A DNA stretch of 64,000 bases from an uncultured Collinsella sp. (lineage in GTDB: Bacteria > Actinomycetota > Coriobacteriia > Coriobacteriales > Coriobacteriaceae), in assembly GCA_965141245.1 (NCBI GenBank), contig CBCSLZ010000001.1:1899-65898 (forward strand), in the 5' to 3' direction. Below, piece after piece: positions 18,872-28,112 of the stretch (positions are counted from its first letter, which is position 1; each line of letters starts with the position of its first letter). A program made the translations under genes and the position numbers. The notes beneath the pieces were generated by a model, which saw only the letters and a program-made list of their open reading frames with translations, searched no databases and was not told the DNA's origin.

Positions 18872-19504
18872 CTATCCCCTCTTCCTTGCGGCGTCAGCGG
18901 CGCGGCGTGCCAGAGCATCGGCGCGCGGCAGCCATGTATCCAGCAGTTCATCGCACGCCGCCTCGAGCTCCCCGGCGCGCGCCCGGTCTTTCATAGACGT
19001 GGTGTTGGCAAAGAGCGTCAGGCTCGCGCCCTGCATGGCGGCGCGGCAGAACACGGCACCGCACGCCACGTCGGACAGCAACTGGCGCGAACCCTTGTCG
19101 GCCATGTCCTCGAGCAGCGCCAGCGCACGCCCGCAGGCATCCATAATGCGATACGGCGGCATAGCGGCCACATGCAGCGCATCCTGAATCGCGGTCGCTC
19201 GAGCCGGATCGTCACGCGGAATACCGTACGCCGCGGACACCTGGCCGTACGCACGAACGTCCTCGGCGACCAGACCCACAAGTTCCTGCGCCAACTCATC
19301 CGCCTGGGCAAACGCGCGCGTCAGATCGTCTGCGCGATCGGCAAGCGCAGGGTTTGTCGCACCGTAGCGGGCAACCATTCCGCACAGCGAGGCGCCCAGC
19401 GCGCCCACAAAAGCGCTCGCGCTGCCACCACCGGGAACCGGCTCGCGCGCGGCCAGCGCTTGGGCAAACTCTCGACAGGTTTTATCCATCATCTCTTGGC
19501 TCAT
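18872..19504 (-). CDS. Formiminotetrahydrofolate cyclodeaminase / methenyl-THF cyclohydrolase (FchA-like)
   Basis: LAAREPVPGGGSASAFVGALGASLCGMVA, LLSDVACG; directly upstream of folD. Confidence 0.85.
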   Translation of the reverse strand: MSQEMMDKTCREFAQALAAREPVPGGGSASAFVGALGASLCGMVARYGATNPALADRADDLTRAFAQADELAQELVGLVAEDVRAYGQVSAAYGIPRDDPARATAIQDALHVAAMPPYRIMDACGRALALLEDMADKGSRQLLSDVACGAVFCRAAMQGASLTLFANTTSMKDRARAGELEAACDELLDTWLPRADALARRAADAARKRG

Positions 19505-19667
19505 ACGCACACGCACCTTCAAGTCATATATATCGGTCGGGCGGCCGACGCCGGCCGACCGCATCGATCACGTAATGGTGCTAAGTCTAGCCCATAAGTA
19601 CGCGAGCGTCAGCGCACCTGGCCATCGCGGATTTCTATGGCACGCGATAGGCGTCGACAACGCAAGC

Positions 19668-19895
19668 ATGGGACACATGGCCCACCTTTCGGGACTTCCG
19701 GACGTCACAAACTGGGGCATATCTATAAACAAGGAACCTGTTGGGGCAACGCCCGCGTACACGCGCCCCTTTTAAAACAACAGGCATCCAGCCCCGGGGA
19801 GGACCGACAGCATCGGCCCTCCCCTCTTTTGGACCCGTGCATATTGCCACTTAACGGCGCAAATCCGGCCCTCAGAATGGGACACATGGCCCACC
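19668..19895. repeat. 19-bp exact direct repeat pair
   Basis: ATGGGACACATGGCCCACC at 19668-19686 and 19877-19895. Confidence 0.75.
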
Positions 19896-19967
19896 CGAAG
19901 GAGCCGTCCACGCATACAGTAAAGGCAGGTAATCCATGGACGATTACAGATCGAGGAGGACACGACC

Positions 19968-20567
19968 ATGAAAAAGAAGGCCTTTGCGATTCTCACCCTC
20001 TGCATCAGTCTCTTTACTGCAGCTGCCTTAGTGGGTTGCGGTGGCAGCGGCGGCGCTACCGGCAGTGGCGGTGGCGGTGGCGGTGGAGCGGAAAAGCCAG
20101 CCGTGGATATGAGGACTGACTTCATTTGGTTTAAGGTCGAGGTTCCCGAGGGCGTCGAGATTACCGACGTTGCCGGCGACACCGCCGACAGGGCCCAGTT
20201 TAAGTTCACCGAGAGCGAGCACGCCAGCGACCGCTTCATCCCCGTCTTCGACTCTGACAAGAACGCCGACGAGCTGTTCGACTACGAGGCCAAATGGAAG
20301 GCCAACTCCGGATGGACCGAGAGCGATCCCGTTAAGTACAACGGCAAGACCTGGCGCAGCGCCTACTTTACGCACTCGGGCGGCGTGACGACCGAGTACT
20401 TCACCGACGTTGACGGTGGCAGCGTGTATGTGCGCATCGACAACGTCGAGGAGCACAAGGACGCCGTCGAGACCATGATGAAGTCTCTGGAATTTGCCGA
20501 TGACATCGCCGAGGCCAAGACCGAGGCCATGGACGTCAAGCTCGACGATATCGAGATCAAGCGTTAA
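19968..20567 (+). CDS. Hypothetical lipoprotein
   Basis: SD GAGGAGG; MKKK, hydrophobic stretch, lipobox LVGC, then a Gly-rich linker. Confidence 0.8.
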   Translation: MKKKAFAILTLCISLFTAAALVGCGGSGGATGSGGGGGGGAEKPAVDMRTDFIWFKVEVPEGVEITDVAGDTADRAQFKFTESEHASDRFIPVFDSDKNADELFDYEAKWKANSGWTESDPVKYNGKTWRSAYFTHSGGVTTEYFTDVDGGSVYVRIDNVEEHKDAVETMMKSLEFADDIAEAKTEAMDVKLDDIEIKR

Positions 20568-20640
20568 GCGACTGGCGAGCGCAGCGGGAAACACGGGCGC
20601 GGTGCAAACAAGCGACGGTACCCCAGCGCTTCGTACCCAG

Positions 20641-20672
20641 GGAGGGCCGGTAAACCGACCCTCCCTTTCTTA
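20641..20672 (+). terminator. Intrinsic terminator after the lipoprotein gene
   Basis: GGAGGG.CGGT-AA-ACCG.CCCTCC followed by CTTTCTT. Confidence 0.6.
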
Positions 20673-20872
20673 TGCCGGTAGCCAACGAACGCGAGGATGC
20701 CGGACGCCGGAACCGCTCCAAATGTAGCAACAGTACGAAAACGACAAACACCCCAACACGTCCGCCCACCGATTTATTGCGTCGCGCAGACAATTAAACC
20801 AGCATCTTTAAACATCTGAGCAGTATAGTGACCAAAACTATCGCATAACCGCACTCTACGAATGGAGAAGTT

Positions 20873-23362
20873 ATGACCGAACACCACGCCATCAGCCGCC
20901 GAGCATTTACGTTGGGCCTTGGACTCGCGGCGTTGTCGCCACTTGCAAGCCTGCCCGAAACCGCGGCATTGGGCATTGGCCCACGAGCGGCATTTGCAGA
21001 CGACGCTGCCACAGCGTCGGTCAGCCTCGACAATTTCGTCATTCGCCTTCGCCCCGCGGGCTATTTTCGCACCGCGAGCGTCAACGAAGACGGCAACGTC
21101 ATCGGCAACGTCTGCCATCTGTTTAATGACGGCACGTCCAGCAAGCTCATCCTTGAGAACGTAACGACCAAGAATGACGATACAAACTGGTATGCTATCC
21201 GCACCTTGCTCAATTTCGAAGAGCATAAAAAGACGGGCTACAGCATTTGGTCGGTCGATGGCGACTCGGACAAAGACGGAAAGGTCATCCACGTATGGAG
21301 TGGCGAGCATGACGGCAAGGCCAGCCGCTCTTTTGCGTTCGAGCGTCAATCAAACGGAACCTATATCATCCGAGACCGCACGGTCGAGAAAGAAACCGAG
21401 AAAAAAGACATTAAGTACCTGGCAATAGAATCGAACGGCGAAGACCAGGACAACAATAAGATCTGCCATAAGAATAAGAGTAAGAGCATTCCGTGGGAGC
21501 TCGAGCTTGTCGGTTACAGCATGGACAAGACCAATGCCACAGTTAGCAGCATCGACTGGAAAACGTATAGCAGCTACGTCGATGGACCATGTTGGATGAA
21601 ATACGTCGAAGACAACAAGTACCTCGACGAGCTGAGCATCCCAGGCACGCATGATTCGAGCACCTGCAGTGTGGACAACGACACTGAGCCCCAATCCTCG
21701 CAAGTAAAATGCCAGCAGGATTACATTCCCACGCAGCTGCTCGAAGGCATTCGCTATTTTGATATCCGGCTCGGAAAGGGCGACAACCCTGGCATCGACC
21801 ACGGGGATTACTACCTGCTCAAAAAAGACGCGTACTTTATGCATCTTTCCGATGTCATAGGCTACTTCAAAACGTTTTTGAACGAAAACCCGACAGAAGC
21901 GCTCATCATGCTTGTATCACGAGGCAACGACGAAGCCACCGACGAAAGTGTTACGACGGCTTTCGCCAAGGTTTTGGACGACAACCCCAAACTGTTCTAT
22001 ACGTCGAGCCGCGTTCCCACACTGGGCGAGGTGCGCGGAAAAATCGTCCTGCTACGTCGATTTGGACTCGTCGGCGACAGCGTAAGCGGCCACACGTGGG
22101 GCCTCGACCTTACCGAATGGGATGACAAGATCAAGGCTCACTCCGACAGCGCCACTATGTGTCTCGTCCAAGACGCGCAGGGCTTTGAAGCCGCGGGGGA
22201 AACAGGCGACAAAGAGCCCTATTGCACCAAGGTATACGCCCAGGACAAGTACAAACTCACGGGAACCGACAAGCTCAGCTGGGTCGATAATGCGCTGAAG
22301 GAAACGACCGGGCGCACGCGCAACAAGGTGGACGTCGTGGACGATGACGGGGCCAAGGTGCAAGTCCAGGAGCGTTGCTGGTCTATCAACTACACCAGCT
22401 GCACGGGCTTGTCGCACGGAGGCAATCCTTTTACCTCGGCACGAGTAGTCAACGAGCATCTGTATAAGAGCCCGTACATCAATCCCAGCGGCATCGACGA
22501 TACAAAGTCAGATTACCTCAAGCACATTGGCATCATCGCATCCGACTTTGTTGATGCGGCGCTGGCCCGGAGCATCTATCAGCGCAATTACGATACGGAG
22601 CACAAGCAGACGGCTTCGTGCTACCTCCCAGCCCGCATGCACATGACATATGGCGACTCGCTGAGCGACGCCTCGCTCCAGGACGGCAAGACCGTTGGCG
22701 AGGGCCATTTCCGCCTTGTCGACAGCAGCAACGTACTCAACGTAGCGGCTTCGGGGCGTGCATTTGTCATCGAATACGTTGATGTCGACGCCCTAGGCAA
22801 CGAAACCGCTACAGGACTGCAGGGCTCCGTGCCCATCGATATCGATCCACGCGCGCTGACGCCCCATTTTGAGGGACTCGAAGGCCTTAAGGCCGGCGAA
22901 GACGTGCGCGCCAAGATTGCGGCATCACTCGAGGGCAAGCTCGAAACCGATGCCTGCACGACCCAGCTCGAGTTTGTGCACGACGCGACCGGCGCTCCGG
23001 GCACAGCAATGGCCGAGGGCGAAACATTTGCCGCAGGAACGTACTGGGTGCGCGTGAACGGTCTCTTGGGCGACGCGGCGCAGAACTACACGCTCGCCAG
23101 CGACGGAGCCGCAAGCTTTACCGTAGCGGCCTCGGACAGTGCTGCCGGCGCCGGCGCCGGCAGCGGCACGGGTTCCAACGCAGGCAGCGCTGATAAGAAC
23201 GGTAAGGGCAACAAGGGCAAGGGCTCGGGCGGAAAACTCGCCGACACGGGCGACGGCTCCGGCATTGCCGCCGGGCTCGCCGCTGCCGCCATGGCGACAA
23301 CGGTCGCCGGTGCAGCAATGCTTGCCAGTGACCGCGAAGACAGCGAAGGCGCCAGCGAATAG
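20873..23362 (+). CDS. Secreted/surface phosphatidylinositol-specific phospholipase C (PI-PLC X) domain protein
   Basis: Tat motif SRRAFT; PI-PLC motifs LSIPGTHDS, QLLEGIRYFDIRL, IDHG, FLNENPTE and PTLGEVRGKIVLLRRF; C-terminal LADTG then a hydrophobic stretch. Confidence 0.8.
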   Translation: MTEHHAISRRAFTLGLGLAALSPLASLPETAALGIGPRAAFADDAATASVSLDNFVIRLRPAGYFRTASVNEDGNVIGNVCHLFNDGTSSKLILENVTTKNDDTNWYAIRTLLNFEEHKKTGYSIWSVDGDSDKDGKVIHVWSGEHDGKASRSFAFERQSNGTYIIRDRTVEKETEKKDIKYLAIESNGEDQDNNKICHKNKSKSIPWELELVGYSMDKTNATVSSIDWKTYSSYVDGPCWMKYVEDNKYLDELSIPGTHDSSTCSVDNDTEPQSSQVKCQQDYIPTQLLEGIRYFDIRLGKGDNPGIDHGDYYLLKKDAYFMHLSDVIGYFKTFLNENPTEALIMLVSRGNDEATDESVTTAFAKVLDDNPKLFYTSSRVPTLGEVRGKIVLLRRFGLVGDSVSGHTWGLDLTEWDDKIKAHSDSATMCLVQDAQGFEAAGETGDKEPYCTKVYAQDKYKLTGTDKLSWVDNALKETTGRTRNKVDVVDDDGAKVQVQERCWSINYTSCTGLSHGGNPFTSARVVNEHLYKSPYINPSGIDDTKSDYLKHIGIIASDFVDAALARSIYQRNYDTEHKQTASCYLPARMHMTYGDSLSDASLQDGKTVGEGHFRLVDSSNVLNVAASGRAFVIEYVDVDALGNETATGLQGSVPIDIDPRALTPHFEGLEGLKAGEDVRAKIAASLEGKLETDACTTQLEFVHDATGAPGTAMAEGETFAAGTYWVRVNGLLGDAAQNYTLASDGAASFTVAASDSAAGAGAGSGTGSNAGSADKNGKGNKGKGSGGKLADTGDGSGIAAGLAAAAMATTVAGAAMLASDREDSEGASE

Positions 23363-23391
23363 GCAAGCCGGCCTTTTAGACACATCGACTC

Positions 23392-23431
23392 AATCGGGGG
23401 CGCAGAACACCGTTCTGTGCCCCCGATTTTT
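23392..23431. terminator. Terminator hairpin between convergent genes
   Basis: AATCGGGGGCGCAGAAC / GTTCTGTGCCCCCGATT followed by TTT. Confidence 0.75.
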
Positions 23432-23456
23432 ACCTTGACCCGAACGCCGCTATCGG

Positions 23457-23726
23457 CTACATCACCATGTTCAGCGCGTTCACAAATTCCTGGGCCTTCG
23501 CACGGCTACTCAGGCTAAAGACGCAAGCGGTCAACAGACGATTGCGCAGAAAAACATCGCGGCCTTTGATTCTATTGACGCCCGTAATGTCCTTAAGATA
23601 AACAATCTCGGTGTGCTTGCCACCAAAAGTGCCCTTCTTGAGCACCTCAATACGGTTGGGATAGATCTTAACGTCTTTAAACCTACCCGAACCTTTGTCC
23701 TGGAACAGCAAAGTGTTGTTATCCAT
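23457..23726 (-). CDS. Small hypothetical protein (PH-like beta fold suspected)
   Basis: 89 aa from ATG 23726; pattern VKIYPNRIEV...IVYLKDITGV...AQEFVNAL resembles bacterial PH domains. Confidence 0.5.
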   Translation of the reverse strand: MDNNTLLFQDKGSGRFKDVKIYPNRIEVLKKGTFGGKHTEIVYLKDITGVNRIKGRDVFLRNRLLTACVFSLSSRAKAQEFVNALNMVM

Positions 23727-23898
23727 GCGTGTCACTCCCGCGGGGTTCGCTAAAACTGCCTCTATGGCCACATTTTAGTCACCGCAAACCCTTTTCGCGG
23801 TCGCGCACGGAGCACCAAATCGTGTCCGCACGAGCAAATAAACTAATACCGCAAGGAATATAAGCCGTTATCCAACGATGGTGAAGTAAAACAAGGGC

Positions 23899-23949
23899 TT
23901 AGCAATGGCTAATATTTAAGTCTAAAAAACCCTTAGGAAGTGCTAATAT
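23899..23949 (+). promoter_or_regulatory. Candidate HicB operator pair in the hicAB promoter
   Basis: TTAGCAATGGCTAATAT (23899) and TTAGGAAGTGCTAATAT (23933), each a TTAG-N6-CTAA palindrome, in AT-rich DNA upstream of hicA. Confidence 0.5.
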
Positions 23950-23971
23950 ATAGTTATTGAAAGAGGCTGAG

Positions 23972-24142
23972 ATGCAGAGACGCGAATTGATCCGTATCCT
24001 CGAAGAAGCCGGCTTCATCTCGAAAGGAGGCACCAATCACGAGAAGTTCGTCAAAGGCGACAAGCTCGTGCTCGTGAAACGCCACCGAGAAATCGAGGAG
24101 CAAATTGCCAAAAGAATCCTAAGGCAGGCAGGGCTTCGATAG
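23972..24142 (+). CDS. hicA: HicA family toxin (mRNA interferase)
   Basis: MQRRELIRILEEAGF..KGGTNHEKF...VKRHREI...AKRILRQAGL, with the conserved His. Confidence 0.88.
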   Translation: MQRRELIRILEEAGFISKGGTNHEKFVKGDKLVLVKRHREIEEQIAKRILRQAGLR

Positions 24143-24186
24143 CTCATCCTCATCACATTTCGCATCGCTTTTAAAGGAGGTCTTAC

Positions 24187-24639
24187 ATGGTTTACGTATG
24201 GGAATTCGAGTTCTTTGATTCGGACGGCGTTGTCGACGCTGTGCCATGTGGCTCGCTGGGCGGAGGTGGAACGTTCGGATCCGACCTAAACGACGCCGTC
24301 GAAAGCGCCGCTGATTTTCTCGCATGCATGGTCGATGACCACCTAATGGGCGGCGTTGACCTGCCTGCGCCGGACTTTGGCCACGAGCCGCAGCACGGTG
24401 GCAAGATTATCGCCGTGGCCGTCAGTCGCGAACTCAACGATATCCCCGCCGTCACCGCAGCGGATGCCGCGCGCATGCTTGGCGTTAGCTCGGCAAGAGT
24501 ATCGCAACTGATAAACGCTGAACTGTTGGATTCATGGAAGGATGGCACCAAGCGCATGGTGTCCAAAGCTTCCATCGAGGCACGACTCGCCGACACTCCA
24601 AAGGCAGGACGCCCCAAAGAGGTCCCCGTTGCCGTGTAA
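24187..24639 (+). CDS. hicB: HicB family antitoxin with C-terminal HTH
   Basis: GTFGSDLNDAVESAADFL...LPAP HicB core and HTH TAADAARMLGVSSARVSQLI; SD AAGGAGG; follows hicA. Confidence 0.85.
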   Translation: MVYVWEFEFFDSDGVVDAVPCGSLGGGGTFGSDLNDAVESAADFLACMVDDHLMGGVDLPAPDFGHEPQHGGKIIAVAVSRELNDIPAVTAADAARMLGVSSARVSQLINAELLDSWKDGTKRMVSKASIEARLADTPKAGRPKEVPVAV

Positions 24640-25004
24640 GGCGATGCCGCTGTGGGCTTTCATCACCTGACATGCATGGCAGCCAGGAACGCTCGATTCG
24701 GGACTCACTGCGCCCCGAATCGAGCTGGGCCCATTGCCGCAGGCTGATTCGCATCCCCGATCCCAAGAAGACAGAAGCGCCACTTGCTTCGTTGAGCTCC
24801 AACATCCGACCCCGGATCCCCCTCGTATCCCCAGCGGCATTTCAACTCCAGGACATGTCGCGATCATGCCCGGTCATCCATGCAAATGGACACCACTCTA
24901 ACACTGGGGTCAGATATCCCCCGCTGCGGCGTATAGGGTAAAATCTTGTCTGCCGCGGAATCCGCCTGCGGGCAACGCTCCGATCTCCGATTGGGGTGAA
25001 GCCT

Positions 25005-25097
25005 ATGAACTTGTTTCTTGAAATCCTGCGCCTCTCGATGTACGTGACCGGCATTGCCCGGAACCTCTACGCGATCTGGCGGGAATATAAGCAGTAA
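25005..25097 (+). CDS. 30-aa hydrophobic peptide, candidate type I toxin (absent from ORF track)
   Basis: SD GGGGTG then MNLFLEILRLSMYVTGIARNLYAIWREYKQ; TAAAAT -10-like hexamer at 24939. Confidence 0.5.
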   Translation: MNLFLEILRLSMYVTGIARNLYAIWREYKQ

Positions 25098-25118
25098 CGG
25101 ATAGCGAAGGGAGTCATA

Positions 25119-25212
25119 GAAAAGGGCCGGTTGCAGCCGGCCCTAGACGATAATACCTGCGTTGCCCGCATCTCCGAAGTTTAAGCGCTGAGGAGCGGGT
25201 TCCGCGGCACAC
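25119..25212 (-). ncRNA. Candidate antisense sRNA (putative antitoxin)
   Basis: Minus-strand TAAAAT at 25217-25222; unit ends in the hairpin AGGGCCGG-CTGCAA-CCGGCCCT followed by TTTCT; no credible ORF. Confidence 0.45.
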
Positions 25213-25363
25213 CCTGATTTTACCCAGTGAGGCAGCTCTTTTGCAGCCGCTCCACTGTTTATTTACATCTGGCACCCTCAAACAATCAGACGGCAGCCCG
25301 CACTCCTGAGAGCTGCCCCGCACCCCCGGCCATCACCTTACGGCAACAACCGGTGCTACTCCC

Positions 25364-26701
25364 CTACTTCCCAAATAGCGCACCCAGCAGACCGCGGCGT
25401 TTGGGCTTCTCCTCTCGGTAGGAACCCTCGACGGCGGCTGCAACCTGGCGCGGTTGCTCGCCGCCTCCACGGCGCACGATCTGGTACAGGAAGGGCGATT
25501 TAACGTATTTGACCTCGACGGGCGTGGCGTGCACGGTGCTCTCGCCGGACAGATGCAGGCTCGGGCTGAGCGACGCCACGATATGCGTTTCGCGCTTGTC
25601 GCTAAACACCACCGCGGCCGCGCGGCCCGTCTGGCCGTTTACGGCAATGCGCACCTGCTCGCCATCGCGGCCGTCTGTCGCCGGACGATCGACAAAGTAG
25701 ACCGGCACCATCACCAGGCCGTCCTTATGTTTGCGGGCCTTGCGCGCCCACATGCGAATGCTCTTTTTATTGAGCCCCAGTACAGCCTCGGCGTCGTTGC
25801 CCGCAACGTCGAGCGCCAACTTATCAATGACCACCTGGTCCTTGGTAGACGCATCGACGGAGACAACGCGGAAGTCGCCTTCCTGCATGGCGGGATCGAA
25901 CGGACCGACCTTGGCAAAGTCCCACGGCTCCAAAATGCCCATGAGGCGAACGTCCAGGTAGTTTGCCCTGGGGTATGCCCAGTCGAGCACCTCGTAGTAC
26001 ACCAAGGTCTCCTTGCTCAGGCCCTTGCCCGGGAAGCTCGCCATCATGCGCAAGTCCGCCAGCGCCATGGGGAAATAGAAGAGCATCATGTCGTTTTGAA
26101 TCGCGTCTTCCACGTCGTGCCCGGCAAAGGCATCCGGATACTGGCGCACCAGCTGCAGCGCGTTGGCACGTGCCTGCTGCGGCGAGATTTCGCAGGGAAT
26201 ACCCTGCTCAGGCACATACTCCGCACCTACGCCCATGGTCAGGCGCTTGCTAAACGCCCCCGGCTTGAGCAGGTCGGCAATGCCGATCTTGTTGCCGCAG
26301 GACGAGCACTCAAACACATGCTGCGTTGACTCGCCCTCAAAGGACGCGCCGCAGAAGGGGCAAGGAATGCTCACATGCGTGGCCTCTTGGAACTCCTGCG
26401 CCGTGCCGCGATCCTCCCACAGCAGATGTTCCAGGACCGACTGATTGCGCCAGTGCGAATTGAAAAAATACCAGTCCGGGTCCTCCGGGCGCTCGAGTTG
26501 CGACACATGCGTGAGTTTGAGCAGTCCATCCACCACCGTCAACGGCGTATGGCGAATACCAAAAGCGCTCTTGGGCTCTCCGGCGTCAGCCTGCCACGAA
26601 ACGACCGTGCCGCAATAGGCGCACTCAAAGCTGCGCTTTGCCTGGTGCGAATACATGGGGCCGCCGCAGTTTTGGCATTTAATGGCAAACATCTCATCCA
26701 T
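25364..26701 (-). CDS. Hypothetical protein with two double zinc ribbons
   Basis: CQNCGG/CAYCG and CPFCG/CSSCG pairs; C-terminal VPVYF...IAVNGQTG motif; SD AAGGAGG. Confidence 0.7.
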   Translation of the reverse strand: MDEMFAIKCQNCGGPMYSHQAKRSFECAYCGTVVSWQADAGEPKSAFGIRHTPLTVVDGLLKLTHVSQLERPEDPDWYFFNSHWRNQSVLEHLLWEDRGTAQEFQEATHVSIPCPFCGASFEGESTQHVFECSSCGNKIGIADLLKPGAFSKRLTMGVGAEYVPEQGIPCEISPQQARANALQLVRQYPDAFAGHDVEDAIQNDMMLFYFPMALADLRMMASFPGKGLSKETLVYYEVLDWAYPRANYLDVRLMGILEPWDFAKVGPFDPAMQEGDFRVVSVDASTKDQVVIDKLALDVAGNDAEAVLGLNKKSIRMWARKARKHKDGLVMVPVYFVDRPATDGRDGEQVRIAVNGQTGRAAAVVFSDKRETHIVASLSPSLHLSGESTVHATPVEVKYVKSPFLYQIVRRGGGEQPRQVAAAVEGSYREEKPKRRGLLGALFGK

Positions 26702-26918
26702 GGAAACGTCCTCCTTTGCACAGGGCTGTCGACATTAAGTATGTCGAGCAAGCAGGCACGTGCCCATACCCATGTGGCCCAAAATGGACCACCCAGGCAG
26801 ACGAGAAGGCTCGCTCGTTAGCACCGGCAGACTATTGCTGCATTTTCTGAGCATCGGTGCACGGTGCCCCCGCGCGAGCTACACTATCCCCTTAAACATG
26901 ATTGTGAGGACGACCGCT

Positions 26919-28100
26919 ATGCTATTTGTTAATCGGCTGGTACATACACTTGTTCCCGGCAGCGAGGGCGAGCCGGTCGATACATCTTGCCGTACCAACG
27001 CGGGCTTTGCCGCAAGCCTCATCTGCATTGGCCTCAACATTACCCTGTGCCTAGCCAAGGGCATCGCGGGTCTGCTCGCCGGCTCGGTCTCGCTTATCGC
27101 CGACGCCTTCAACAACCTCTCCGACGCCTCGAGCAACATTGTGAGCCTGCTCGGGTTCCGCCTTGCCAGCCGCCCGGCCGACGAAGGTCACCCCTATGGC
27201 CATGGCCGCTACGAGTACCTCGCCGGTTTGTTTGTCGCCGTCCTCGTTTGCGCCGTCGGCATCAACCTGGCGCTCGAGTCCATCGCCAAGATCATCAAGC
27301 CCTCCCCCACCGCCTACACGCTGGTCTCCCTAGCCGCCCTCGTCTTGTCCATGCTCGTTAAGCTCTGGATGGCCGCGTTCAACCGCACGCTGGGCGACCG
27401 CATCGACTCGGAGACGCTCATCGCTACGGCGCAGGACTCCAAAAACGATGTCATCACCTCGGGCTCGGTCTTAGCGGCGGCACTTATTTCGCAAACGACA
27501 GGCTATGACCTCGATGGCTGGGCGGGCCTGGGCGTGGGCATCTTCATCTGCATCAGCGGCATGGGCCTAGTGCGCGACGCCATCAGCCCGTTGCTGGGGC
27601 AAGCGCCCGACCCCAAGCTCGTCCAGGCAATCCGCGACAAGATCATGTCCTATCCACAGGTCTTGGGCACACACGACCTGATGGTGCACGACTACGGCCC
27701 CGGTCGTCAGTTTGCCAGCGCCCACGTGGAGATGCCTGGCGAGGGCGACGCATTTGAGCACCACGAGATTCTGGACACCATCGAGCACGACATCAAGCGC
27801 CAGATGGGCATCGATATCACGCTGCACTGCGACCCCATCGCGACAACCGGCGACGACCTGCGCGGCTGGGTCAAGCGCGGCGTCATGCAGATCGATCCCG
27901 CGCTCTCCATCCACGACCTGCACGAGCACGACGGGTTCGTTTCGTTTGACCTTGTGCGTCCCGACGGCTTTGACATATCCGATGAGGAGCTGCTGGAGCT
28001 CGTCACGCGCATCGTGCACGAGCGCCGGCCCGACGTCTCATGCGTCGTCACGTTTGATTCGGGCTTTAGCTCGCCCGACCGTCCAGCAGAGCAGCTGTAG
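26919..28100 (+). CDS. Cation diffusion facilitator (CDF) transporter
   Basis: SLIADAFNNLSD, PADEGHPYGHGRYEY, DSKNDV and HDLMVHDYGPG. Confidence 0.92.
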   Translation: MLFVNRLVHTLVPGSEGEPVDTSCRTNAGFAASLICIGLNITLCLAKGIAGLLAGSVSLIADAFNNLSDASSNIVSLLGFRLASRPADEGHPYGHGRYEYLAGLFVAVLVCAVGINLALESIAKIIKPSPTAYTLVSLAALVLSMLVKLWMAAFNRTLGDRIDSETLIATAQDSKNDVITSGSVLAAALISQTTGYDLDGWAGLGVGIFICISGMGLVRDAISPLLGQAPDPKLVQAIRDKIMSYPQVLGTHDLMVHDYGPGRQFASAHVEMPGEGDAFEHHEILDTIEHDIKRQMGIDITLHCDPIATTGDDLRGWVKRGVMQIDPALSIHDLHEHDGFVSFDLVRPDGFDISDEELLELVTRIVHERRPDVSCVVTFDSGFSSPDRPAEQL

Positions 28101-28112
28101 CCTGCTTAACAG

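Noticed and set aside
19505..19640. Possible THF or ZTP riboswitch upstream of fchA-folD (the fhs leader was also checked)
   Set aside because: Only a GC hairpin is present; the conserved ZTP or THF aptamer motifs could not be found by eye.
19668..19895. Possible CRISPR array
   Set aside because: Only two 19-bp units with a 190-bp spacer, and no cas genes.
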